Position numbers and translations under genes: made by a program. Below the pieces are notes generated by a model that was given only the letters and a program-made list of their open reading frames with translations, did not search any database and was not told the origin of the DNA. From NCBI GenBank assembly GCA_034520945.1, contig JAXHNB010000005.1, forward strand, positions 831,529 through 895,528: a stretch of DNA of 64,000 nucleotides. The letters run 5' to 3'. Position 1 is the stretch's first letter, and each line of letters begins with the position of its first letter. The DNA comes from Trueperaceae bacterium. GTDB taxonomy: Bacteria; Deinococcota; Deinococci; Deinococcales; Trueperaceae. Positions 1 through 12,168 of the stretch are shown piece after piece.

Positions 1-1
1 C

Positions 2-1237
2 CACCGCCGCCTGGGCCGCGATCTGGAGATCTTCACGCTGGACGATGAGATCGGGCCCGGCCTGCCGTTGTGGTTGCCGCGCGGCACGGTGATGGTGGAC
101 GAGATCGAGGCGCTCGCCAAGGAGATGGAGGCCAAGGCCGGCTACCAGCGGGTCCGCTCGCCGCACCTCAGCAAGGAGGACCTGTTCGTCAAGAGCGGCC
201 ACCTGCCGTACTACGAGCACGCCATGTACCCCGCCATGGACCTGGACAACGTGCGGTACTTCGTGAAGCCGATGAACTGCCCGTTCCACCACAAGATCTA
301 CGACGCCCGGCCCCGCAGCTACCGCGAGTTGCCGCTGCGGCTGGCCGAGTACGGCACCTGCTACCGCTACGAGGACTCCGGCGCGTTGATGGGCCTGATG
401 CGGGTGCGCAGCATGCAGATGAACGACGCGCACATCTATTGCACCGAGGACCAGTTCGAGTCGGAGTTCCTGGCCGTGATCGAGCTCTATTTCGAGTACT
501 TCCGCCTGTTCGGGATTGAAGAGTACGTCATGCGGCTCTCCAAGCACGCGCCGGAGGGTCTGGGCAAGAAGTACGTGGACGAGCCGGAACTCTGGCGCCG
601 CACCGAGGACATGGTCCGGCGCGTACTGCTCGAGAACGAGGTGCCGTTCACGGAGGCGGACGACGAAGCGGCGTTCTATGGCCCCAAGATCGACGTGCAG
701 ATCACCAGCGCCATCGGGCGCGAGTTCACGTTGGCGACCAACCAGGTGGACTTCGCGCAGCCGCAGCGCTTCGGCTTGACCTACGTCGCGGAGGATGGCA
801 GCCGCAAGATGCCGCTGTGCCTGCATCGGGCGCCCCTGTCCACGCACGAGCGCCTGATCGGCTTCCTGATCGAGCACTACGCCGGCGACTTCCCGCTGTG
901 GTTGGCGCCGGAACAGGTCCGGATCGTACCGATCGCGGACCGCCACGCCGAGTACGCCGAGCGGGTGCGTCATACCCTGGCCGCCCAGGGCCTGCGGGCC
1001 GAGACCGACCTGCGCAGCGAGCGCATGAACGCCAAGATCCGCGATGCCGAACTGTTCAAGGTGCCGTACACCCTGATCCTGGGCGACCGTGAGGAGGAGG
1101 CGGGCACCGTAAGCTTCCGCAGCCGCCAGGAGCCCGAGGCGAAGGGCGTGCAACTGGAGCGGTTCGTCGACCATCTCGTCGCGGCCCGCGACGCGCGCGC
1201 GGGTCGGGTCGCGCCGATCGCCGCCGCGACCGCCTGA
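2..1237 (+). CDS. thrS: Threonyl-tRNA synthetase (5'-truncated by window edge)
   Basis: Frame open from nt 2 (HRRLGRDLEIF...); KPMNCP, YRYE, MQMNDAHI, AFYGPKID and HRAP motifs; C-terminal anticodon-binding domain. Confidence 0.96.
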   Translation, partial: HRRLGRDLEIFTLDDEIGPGLPLWLPRGTVMVDEIEALAKEMEAKAGYQRVRSPHLSKEDLFVKSGHLPYYEHAMYPAMDLDNVRYFVKPMNCPFHHKIYDARPRSYRELPLRLAEYGTCYRYEDSGALMGLMRVRSMQMNDAHIYCTEDQFESEFLAVIELYFEYFRLFGIEEYVMRLSKHAPEGLGKKYVDEPELWRRTEDMVRRVLLENEVPFTEADDEAAFYGPKIDVQITSAIGREFTLATNQVDFAQPQRFGLTYVAEDGSRKMPLCLHRAPLSTHERLIGFLIEHYAGDFPLWLAPEQVRIVPIADRHAEYAERVRHTLAAQGLRAETDLRSERMNAKIRDAELFKVPYTLILGDREEEAGTVSFRSRQEPEAKGVQLERFVDHLVAARDARAGRVAPIAAATA

Positions 1238-1454
1238 GCCGAGGCCCCTCGGGGCGCGTCACCACCGAGGAAGCGCGCCGTCCGGGCCGGCGGGCATGGC
1301 GGGCGGGGCGACGCCGGGCCGTGCTTCGTGGCGACGTCTTCCCGGCCAATTGTCCCTTGTTCCGGCAGGAATGCGGTCCTAGTCTCGAGAAGGTCGAATC
1401 GGCACCATGCGGGCGGCGCACGACTCGTACGCTTTCACGAAGGGCAGGGACCCC

Positions 1455-3137
1455 ATGCCGCGCCTCGTTGCCATGCTCGCCCTCGCTGCCTGTGCCGCGA
1501 TCGCTTTCGGCCAGTCGATCTCCTCGATCGGTTCCAACGACGTCGTGACCGGCACGATCTCGGCCATGGAGTCGACGCACGCGTACCTCCTGGACCTGCC
1601 TCCGGGGATCGAGCACCTCGTCATCGACGTCGACGGGGGCGACCGGGACGCCGATCTGGCCGTCTATTTCGGCGCCGAGGAACGCTTCCGCGACACCAGC
1701 AGCGACACGGCCGCGTCGTACAGCCTCGCCTCCCCGTCGGCGGGCCAGTACCGAATCGAGGTACTGAACCTGCTGTTTCAAGAGCTGCACTACACCCTGA
1801 CCGTGTCGGCGCAAAGCCGCCGTGCGCCCGACCGGGAGGCGACCGCCGGACCGATCCAGGGCGACATCCGCCTCGGTGAAGCGCGCCGCGGCGTCGCGCC
1901 CGCGTCCCGGTCCGGGCACACCTACGACCTTGGCGTGCCCAGTGGCACGCACGCCTTCACCGTTCGGGTCGATGCCGGGGGACGCGACGTCGACCTCTCC
2001 GTGACGTTCGGGGGCCGAGAGATTTTCCGCGACGTGAGCACGAACCCGTACCCGGTGTTCCGCCTTCCCGATCCTGCCGCCGGTACCTACGCGCTCACGG
2101 TCGTCAGCCCCCTCGGCCGGGAGGTGCCCTACGTCCTCTCGGTCGAATCCCCAGGGGCGCCCACCACGACACGTCCGCCCAGTCCAGAACGGCCGTCCGA
2201 CGCGCCGGCCACCGCTCCGTCGCCCGGCGCGCCTGGGGACACGGCAGCGCCGGCCGGACCAAGCGCGTCCGCGTGGCGGCACGATTTCGCGTCGGGTGAG
2301 ACGTTGGGCTGGACGCTCGAGAACGGCTCGCTGTCCAATCCCGGTGGAGGGGGCCCCGGCGGCGGCGGGTACCTGTATGCGGACACGCCGAGCGATCGCG
2401 CGGTGGGGTACTTCGTGGCGCCCACCGAGCTGCTGGGGGACTGGTCGTCGCTGTCGTCGCTCACGCTCGTGCTGCGGCACGGACCGCAGTACGAGGGCGA
2501 GCTTTTCGGTCCGTACGAGTACGACGGCGTCGGCGACGTCGTGCTCGCCAACGGCGCGAAGACGGCGAGCTACGCGTTCCCGCGGGCCCCCACGCGCGCC
2601 TGGTCACCGCACGACGTGTCGCTCGTGGACGCGACGGGCTGGCGACTGGGGGGCGGCGCGACCAGCCTGGCGGAGGTGCTGGCCGACGTCACGTCGTTCG
2701 CGGTCCGCGCCGAGTACCTCGTTGGCCACGCCGACGCGGGGATGGCGAGCGTCGAGGCGTTCCGCGGCGGCTCCCTCGGCGGAGCAATGATGGAACCGAC
2801 CGTCACGGCGACGTGTACGACGACGGCCGAGGACGGCGCGATCGGCGATCTCGCGCCCGGCAGCCGCATCCACGTCGCGTGTCCGGCAGGGTGCACCGAC
2901 GGCGGCACGGTCTGGGGCCACGGCACGTACACCGACGATTCGGCCATCTGTCGCGCCGCGGTCCACGCCGGTGTTCAGGACGGCGCATACCCTGGCAGCG
3001 TTCTGATCCGGATCCTGGGCAGCCGCGACAGCTACGTGGGTGCCGAGCGCAACGGCGTCAGCTCACGGTCGTACGGGAGTTGGCCGCGCAGCTTCGCGTT
3101 CGGCGAGGGGTTCGACCTGAGGGACGGCGCCCGGTAG
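1455..3137 (+). CDS. Secreted multidomain protein: signal peptide, two PPC-like domains, Pro-rich linker, laminin B/IV-like domain, LCCL domain
   Basis: MPRLVAMLALAACAAIAFG signal; repeated DxDLxV...GxYxxxV units; YFVAPxxLLGDW...VLADVTSFAVRAEY; CPAGC...VWGHGTYTDDSAICRAAVHAG (LCCL). Confidence 0.7.
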   Translation: MPRLVAMLALAACAAIAFGQSISSIGSNDVVTGTISAMESTHAYLLDLPPGIEHLVIDVDGGDRDADLAVYFGAEERFRDTSSDTAASYSLASPSAGQYRIEVLNLLFQELHYTLTVSAQSRRAPDREATAGPIQGDIRLGEARRGVAPASRSGHTYDLGVPSGTHAFTVRVDAGGRDVDLSVTFGGREIFRDVSTNPYPVFRLPDPAAGTYALTVVSPLGREVPYVLSVESPGAPTTTRPPSPERPSDAPATAPSPGAPGDTAAPAGPSASAWRHDFASGETLGWTLENGSLSNPGGGGPGGGGYLYADTPSDRAVGYFVAPTELLGDWSSLSSLTLVLRHGPQYEGELFGPYEYDGVGDVVLANGAKTASYAFPRAPTRAWSPHDVSLVDATGWRLGGGATSLAEVLADVTSFAVRAEYLVGHADAGMASVEAFRGGSLGGAMMEPTVTATCTTTAEDGAIGDLAPGSRIHVACPAGCTDGGTVWGHGTYTDDSAICRAAVHAGVQDGAYPGSVLIRILGSRDSYVGAERNGVSSRSYGSWPRSFAFGEGFDLRDGAR

Positions 3138-3219
3138 CGTCAGCACCGGTCGGATCGGGCAAGGCGATGGATGCTGTCCGTTCCCGAGCGGCGCGTCGAC
3201 CAGATGTGCGACGCGGGCG

Positions 3220-4131
3220 TCAGTCGTCGTCGGGATCGGGTCGCGCCAGGATGGTGACCGACTCGATGCGGTCCGGGACGGGGAACAGGCCTACCGCGAG
3301 CTCGCCCGTGGCGCGCCCCATCACGCCGCGGCGCGCCCCGATCTGGAACGAGCGGCCCTCGTCCGGCACCGATTCCAGTTCCTCCCTAAGCCAGTCCTCG
3401 ACGGTCCCGTCCGCGCCGCGGGCCGCCTCTACGCCCTGCTCGGCCAGCGTGGCGGCAGGCGCGCTCAGGCCGGCCACGATGGAGGGGTTCTGCGGGTCGA
3501 TGCGGGTCAGCGCGTCCAGCACCTCCAGGCCGGAACGTACCTCGCCGAACACGGTGTGGTTCCCGTCCAGCCAGGGCGTGGCGGCGAAGGTGATGAAGAA
3601 CTGGCTGCCGTTGGTGTCCGGCCCGCGGTTGGCCATGCTCAGCAGGCCGGGACGGTCGTGGCGAAGGCCGTCTTTGATCTCGTCCTCGAAGGTGTAGCCG
3701 GGCCCGCCCGCGCCGGTGCCCGACGGGTCGCCGGTCTGCGCCATGAAGTCGTCCAGAACCCGGTGGAACGAGACGCCTTCGTAGTAGCGATGCAGCGCGA
3801 GGAACACGAAGTTCTCGACCGTGCGGGGCGTGCGGCCTTCGTACAGGTCCACGGTGAGCGTGCCCGCCGTGGTGTCGATCTCCGCACGGTAGTCCGTGTC
3901 GGGCGCCAGCACCTGTTCGGGGCCGTCGAAACGGCGCACCGGCTCGTCGCTGCGGAACGGCACCGCGGCGTACCCCTCGGCGTCGGCGCGGGGCGCGTCC
4001 GCCACGTTCGGCGTGCCCTCGGCCCGAGGCGCCGGCGTCACGCCGCCGCCCCACAGGTCGCCGTACGCCACCCACGCCCCGCCGGCGAGGAGCGCCGCGA
4101 CCACCAGGGCGACCGCCATCACCTGGCGCAT
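3220..4131 (-). CDS. Membrane-anchored cyclophilin-type peptidyl-prolyl isomerase
   Basis: [46 protein letters not shown]-terminal TM helix. Confidence 0.93.
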   Translation of the reverse strand: MRQVMAVALVVAALLAGGAWVAYGDLWGGGVTPAPRAEGTPNVADAPRADAEGYAAVPFRSDEPVRRFDGPEQVLAPDTDYRAEIDTTAGTLTVDLYEGRTPRTVENFVFLALHRYYEGVSFHRVLDDFMAQTGDPSGTGAGGPGYTFEDEIKDGLRHDRPGLLSMANRGPDTNGSQFFITFAATPWLDGNHTVFGEVRSGLEVLDALTRIDPQNPSIVAGLSAPAATLAEQGVEAARGADGTVEDWLREELESVPDEGRSFQIGARRGVMGRATGELAVGLFPVPDRIESVTILARPDPDDD

Positions 4132-4398
4132 GCCGACCTCGGCGCGTCTGGCTCCGCTCCGCCCCCGGGAGGGCCGCTCGCGTGCGTCATGGCGCCGATT
4201 CTACCCCGGCGGCGCGCAGGCGACGTGACCTCGCGTAAGGGCGCCGTGAGCACCAGGACGTAGACTGAGCCCGAAGGTCGTGTGGCAGAACGCGGCTGGA
4301 GGGAAGGGTCCCTGCGGTGGCTGGTGTCGTTGATGTGGGTAAGCGCGAGGGCATGGCCGGCTGGACCGGTTCTAACTACCCCCTGGGACGTTGGTCTC

Positions 4399-5712
4399 AT
4401 GGATAAAGTGCGAGAACTTCAGAGGCGACTGTGGGCTGCGGCGAAGCGGGCTCCGAAGCGTCGTTTTCACGCGTTGTATGACCGTATCTACAGGGGTGAC
4501 GTCCTGTGGGAGGCGTGGGAGCGGGTGCGCCGGAATCGTGGTGCGGCTGGTGTGGATGCTCAGTCCATCGCGGATGTGGAGGCGGTTGGTGTCGAGTCCT
4601 TTTTGGAGGGGCTTGGTGCTGACTTGCGTGAGGGCAGGTACCGGCCGCAGGCGGTCTTGCGGCGGTACGTTCCGAAGGCTGATGGGAGGGAGCGGCCGCT
4701 GGGGATTCCGACGGTTCGGGACCGGGTGGTTCAGATGGCGGCGAAGCTGGTGTTGGAGCCTGTGTTCGAGGCGGATTTCTTGCCTTGTTCGTATGGGTTT
4801 CGGCCGAAGCGGGGCGCGACGATGGCGCTGGAGGAGCTGCGGAAGCAGGGGAACTCTGGTGGTCGTTTCGTGCTGGAGGTCGACGTCAGGGATTACTTTG
4901 GGAGCATCGACCACGAGAAGTTGATGAAGTTGGTGGCGTTGCGTGTTTCGGATCGGCGGGTGCTCAAGTTGGTCAGGCAGTGGCTCCGTGTGGGTGTGAT
5001 GGAGGATGGTGTGGTGTCTCGGGTGGTTGCTGGGACGCCGCAGGGCGGTGTCATTTCACCGTTGTTGTCCAACATCTACTTGCATTATCTCGATCTCTTG
5101 TGGACGCGGCATTGTTCTCATCTGGGGACTTTGGTGCGGTATGCGGATGACTTCGTGGTCGTTTGCAGGTCCCGCAGGGATTGCGAGGAGGCTCGGGCGC
5201 GTCTCGAAGTGATTTTGGGGCGTTTGGGTCTGGAGTTGCACCCGGAGAAGACGAGGATGGTCGACCTTTTCGATGGTAGGGAGGGGTTCGATTTCCTCGG
5301 TTGTCATTTGCGGAAGCGCATGTCGGGTCGGATTTGGGAGCGTCAGGGTAGGCGCGTGTACTTCTTGAATCGTTGGCCCTCGAAGCGTGCGATGAAGCGA
5401 ATTCGGCAGCGTGTAAAGGAGTTGACCCCGCGGCGTAGGTGCCATGAGGACATCAGGCACGTGATTCGTGACCTGAACGTGGTGTTGCGTGGCTGGGGGA
5501 ACTACTTTCGGACCGGGAATGCTGCGCGTTGTTTCAGTGCCCTTGATCGTTACGTCTGGGAGCGGCTGCTCCGTTTGCGCATCGAGCGTAAGGGGCGGCA
5601 CGTTCGGGCGGGCGATGTGGCGCGTTGGACGCGTGCGACTTTCTATCGGCTTGGCCTTCATCGCCTTACTGGCACGGTGCGTTACCCGGCACCGGTTCGG
5701 AGTGTTGCGTAA
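4399..5712 (+). CDS. ltrA: Group II intron reverse transcriptase/maturase, no endonuclease domain
   Basis: RT0 (WERVRRNRGAAGVD), RPLGIPTVRDRVVQ, SYGFRP, GTPQGGVISPLLSNIYLH, YADD, FDFLG, domain X (LRGWGNYF). Confidence 0.95.
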   Translation: MDKVRELQRRLWAAAKRAPKRRFHALYDRIYRGDVLWEAWERVRRNRGAAGVDAQSIADVEAVGVESFLEGLGADLREGRYRPQAVLRRYVPKADGRERPLGIPTVRDRVVQMAAKLVLEPVFEADFLPCSYGFRPKRGATMALEELRKQGNSGGRFVLEVDVRDYFGSIDHEKLMKLVALRVSDRRVLKLVRQWLRVGVMEDGVVSRVVAGTPQGGVISPLLSNIYLHYLDLLWTRHCSHLGTLVRYADDFVVVCRSRRDCEEARARLEVILGRLGLELHPEKTRMVDLFDGREGFDFLGCHLRKRMSGRIWERQGRRVYFLNRWPSKRAMKRIRQRVKELTPRRRCHEDIRHVIRDLNVVLRGWGNYFRTGNAARCFSALDRYVWERLLRLRIERKGRHVRAGDVARWTRATFYRLGLHRLTGTVRYPAPVRSVA

Positions 5713-5737
5713 TGTTGCATCTCGAGAGGTCACCGGT

Positions 5738-5770
5738 AAGCCGTGTGCGGGAAATCCGCACGCACGGTTT
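5738..5770 (+). ncRNA. Group II intron catalytic domain V
   Basis: AAGCCGTGTGCGGGAAATCCGCACGCACGGTTT: AGC triad, GAAA-type loop, AC bulge. Confidence 0.9.
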
Positions 5771-5800
5771 GAAAGGGGGTCTTGACTGAACTTCAGTGAA

Positions 5801-6889
5801 ATGCTCTCGAACCTGGTGGAACGGGGCGCCTCCGACGTGCACCTTCACTGCGGATTGCCGCCGCTGGCCCGCATCAACGGCAAGCTCACGCCGGTGGGCC
5901 AGAACAAGGTGACGCCGTCGTTTACGGAGAAGCTGCTGGACGTCATGTGCGACGACCGGCAGCGCGCCACGTTCCAGGAAAAGCACCAAGTCGACATCGC
6001 GTACAGCGTCTCGGGCCTGGGCCGCTTCCGCGTGAACCTGTTCCGGCAACGCGGATCGGTCAGCGCCGTGCTGCGCGTGATCACCGGCGACGAGTCGGTC
6101 CTGAAGGTGGTGAACCTCCCCCAGGACACCATCGACTTCATTCGCGACAAGGAGAAGGGGCTGGTCCTGGTCACCGGCCCGACCGGCTCCGGCAAGTCGA
6201 CCACGCTGGCGCGGATCATCGACGAGATCAACCAGGTGCACAACAAGATGATCGTCACCGTCGAGGACCCGATCGAGTACCTGCACCGCTCCAAGAAGTC
6301 CGCGATCGTGCAGCGCGAGATCGGCCAGGACGCCACCACCTTCGCCGACTCGTTGGTGGCGGCCATGCGGCAGGACCCCGAAGTGATCATGATCGGCGAG
6401 ATCCGCGACCACACCACGGCGGCAGCGGCGCTGTCGGCGGCGCAGACCGGCCACCTGGTGTTCAGCACCCTGCACACGCAGGACACCGTCCGGACCATCA
6501 ACCGCATGATCGAGCTGTTCCCCCCGCACGAACGGGCCACGGCGCGGATCCTGTTCGCCGAGTCGCTCGTCGCGATCGTCAGCCAGCGCCTGGTGCCCCG
6601 GCACGACAAGCCGGGCCGGGTCGCGGCGATGGAGATCATGAAGGGAACCCTGCGGATCAAGGACCTGGTGCGCGACGAGGAGCGAGGCTCGGAGTTGTAC
6701 GACGCCATCCGCGACTCGACGTTGGACGGCATGCAGCTGATGGACGACCACCTGGCCCGCCTGTACGCCGAGGGCGTGATCTCGTTCGAGACCGGCCTGG
6801 CGTCCGCCACCAGCCAGCAGGCGTTCAAGATGTCCACCACCCAGGTGGACGTCGAGGCGGGCCGCGACCCGCGCGCCACGCAGTACTAG
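5801..6889 (+). CDS. pilT: PilT/PilU family type IV pilus retraction ATPase (start could be in-frame CTG at 5786)
   Basis: GASDVHL, GRFRVNLF, GPTGSGKST, EDPIE, AMRQDPEVIMIGEIRD, TGHLVFSTLHT. Confidence 0.9.
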   Translation: MLSNLVERGASDVHLHCGLPPLARINGKLTPVGQNKVTPSFTEKLLDVMCDDRQRATFQEKHQVDIAYSVSGLGRFRVNLFRQRGSVSAVLRVITGDESVLKVVNLPQDTIDFIRDKEKGLVLVTGPTGSGKSTTLARIIDEINQVHNKMIVTVEDPIEYLHRSKKSAIVQREIGQDATTFADSLVAAMRQDPEVIMIGEIRDHTTAAAALSAAQTGHLVFSTLHTQDTVRTINRMIELFPPHERATARILFAESLVAIVSQRLVPRHDKPGRVAAMEIMKGTLRIKDLVRDEERGSELYDAIRDSTLDGMQLMDDHLARLYAEGVISFETGLASATSQQAFKMSTTQVDVEAGRDPRATQY

Positions 6890-6905
6890 GCCCGCCCCGC
6901 CCTGC

Positions 6906-10670
<3,765 letters not shown>

Positions 10671-10808
10671 GGGCCCAGCATACCGACGGGTCGGTGGGGT
10701 CCCCGCCAGGCACCGCGGCCCGCCGTGCTGGGCGGGCAGCGGGCGGCGCGGGCCGCATGCGGTTGCGTGCCGGCGGGCCGCCGCGCCCGTCCGTGTCGCA
10801 CATGCGCG

Positions 10809-10837
10809 TTGACACCCCCGGGTCCGCGTGATACCTT
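10809..10837 (+). promoter_or_regulatory. Sigma70-type promoter of tRNA operon
   Basis: TTGACA (10809-10814), 17-nt spacer, TG-n-TACCTT (10832-10837), 12 nt upstream of tRNA-Cys. Confidence 0.7.
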
Positions 10838-10849
10838 TCGAAGGCGCTT

Positions 10850-10924
<75 letters not shown>

Positions 10925-10956
10925 CCCCCTTCGGCTACGGACCGTCGTAGCCGCAT

Positions 10957-11031
10957 AGGCGCGTAGCTCAGTGGGAGAGCGCTACATTGACACTGTAGAG
11001 GTCGGCGGTTCAATCCCGCCCGCGCCTACCA
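10957..11031 (+). tRNA. tRNA-Val(GAC)
   Basis: AGGCGCG/CGCGCCT acceptor stem, CTACA-TTGACAC-TGTAG anticodon arm, GGTTCAATCCC T-arm, CCA. Confidence 0.96.
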
Positions 11032-11044
11032 AGAAGGACCCGAG

Positions 11045-11096
11045 AAGATCCCGCTGGTGGCCCGTACGTTCGTGCGGCGCGCAGCGGGATCTTTTC
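11045..11096 (+). terminator. Probable intrinsic terminator after tRNAs
   Basis: AAGATCCCGCTG...CAGCGGGATCTTTT stem followed by T-run. Confidence 0.6.
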
Positions 11097-11144
11097 ACGT
11101 GCCGCGTCGGCGGCGCGGAATCGTATCTGCGAGCAACGCCACGC

Positions 11145-11519
11145 CTACCGCTGCGTCCGAGATGCGAGCGCGATCTCGAAACGCGTCGCCGACCCGCCCG
11201 GTTCGATCGCGGTCGTGAGCCGCACCTCCTCGCCGATCTCTATACCGTCGGGAAGCCACGCGGCGGGCCAACGCGCGGCGGGAAGACCGTCCCCGACCAA
11301 CGTCGCCGTGACGCCGTTCGAGGAGACGACGCGGAGGGAGGCGTCCGCCACGGCGGGGACGCGGACGATGGGCGCGCCACGGTCGCTGCCGAGCAGCAAA
11401 AGCGGGCTTGGCAGCAGCACACCTGCGGCGTAGGCGATCGCTGCCACCACCGCGCAGGCGGCGACGGTTCTCGCAGCATTGCGGCGATTCCGCCGGCGCG
11501 GAGGGCCGTGCTGACTCAT
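11145..11519 (-). CDS. Hypothetical membrane-anchored protein
   Basis: ATG overlaps the cytochrome c stop (ATGA coupling); basic N-terminus then hydrophobic helix. Confidence 0.5.
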   Translation of the reverse strand: MSQHGPPRRRNRRNAARTVAACAVVAAIAYAAGVLLPSPLLLLGSDRGAPIVRVPAVADASLRVVSSNGVTATLVGDGLPAARWPAAWLPDGIEIGEEVRLTTAIEPGGSATRFEIALASRTQR

Positions 11520-11986
11520 TCGCCGATCGCGCCGGGTTGCTGCTCGCGCTGCCACGGTTCCCAGCGAGACTTCACGAAGGCGAGCACCGCTTCGACCTCG
11601 GGGTCGCTCCAACGGGCGCCGACGGCCGGCATTTGGACGCCGCCGTCGCGGATCAGGCCGATGATCTGGCGGTCGGGATGGTGCCAAGCGTGGGCACTGC
11701 CATCGAGGGGTGGGGCCGGGATACCGGCTTGGGCGGCGCCTCCACCCTCGACACCGTGGCATGTGGCACAGCTGTCCTGGTAGAGCCGCTCCCCGGTCGC
11801 GAGCACGTCGGCCGACACGGGCGACGGCGCGTTCGCGCGCGACCGGTTCGAGGAGACGCGAAGCGCCACGACGGCGAGGAGGGCCACGGCGAGCGACGCC
11901 ACAGCGGTCGCGGTGGCGGGGCGGCGTCGCCACCACGGGCGACGGCGCTTGGGGGACGACTGGGCCGGGCGCTCACCCTTGCGCAC
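11516..11986 (-). CDS. Membrane-anchored monoheme cytochrome c
   Basis: CATCH heme motif, APPLDGSAHAWHH, distal Met (QMP); GGAGG RBS before GTG. Confidence 0.85.
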   Translation of the reverse strand: MRKGERPAQSSPKRRRPWWRRRPATATAVASLAVALLAVVALRVSSNRSRANAPSPVSADVLATGERLYQDSCATCHGVEGGGAAQAGIPAPPLDGSAHAWHHPDRQIIGLIRDGGVQMPAVGARWSDPEVEAVLAFVKSRWEPWQREQQPGAIGE

Positions 11987-12168
11987 GTACGCCTCCTGAT
12001 GCGCGGGGCGCGATCGCGGGCGGGACCGGTGCGCGTTGCGTACCGCCACCGGCGGCCTCGATCGAATGGGGGGTGCGGTGCTTCAGATCGAGTATGACCA
12101 TGCGTGCAAGGTACCCGGCGACTGTTAAGGCCGTGCAAAGTCGCGCGGCGTCCGAGCCCGTGGGCGCG

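Larger units (their letters stand above)
4263..5789 (+). mobile_element. Truncated group II intron (distal DIII, DIV with ORF, DV, 5' strand of DVI) flanked by GACTGA direct repeat
   Basis: DIII-type GGAGGGAAGGG at ~4298; DIV basal stem CGGTGGCT (4315-4322) pairs with GGTCACCG (5728-5735); DV at 5738-5770; GACTGA at 4263-4268 and 5784-5789; abrupt G/T-rich composition. Confidence 0.75.

Noticed and set aside
4282..4398. Longer RT start at GTG 4282
   Set aside because: This segment is intron DIII/DIV RNA; RT homology begins at about MDKVRELQRRL (4399)
4282..5712. RT as retron, DGR, CRISPR-associated or defence RT
   Set aside because: RT0 and domain X plus adjacent DIV/DV identify a group II intron protein; no TR/VR pair, msr-msd or cas1 fusion seen
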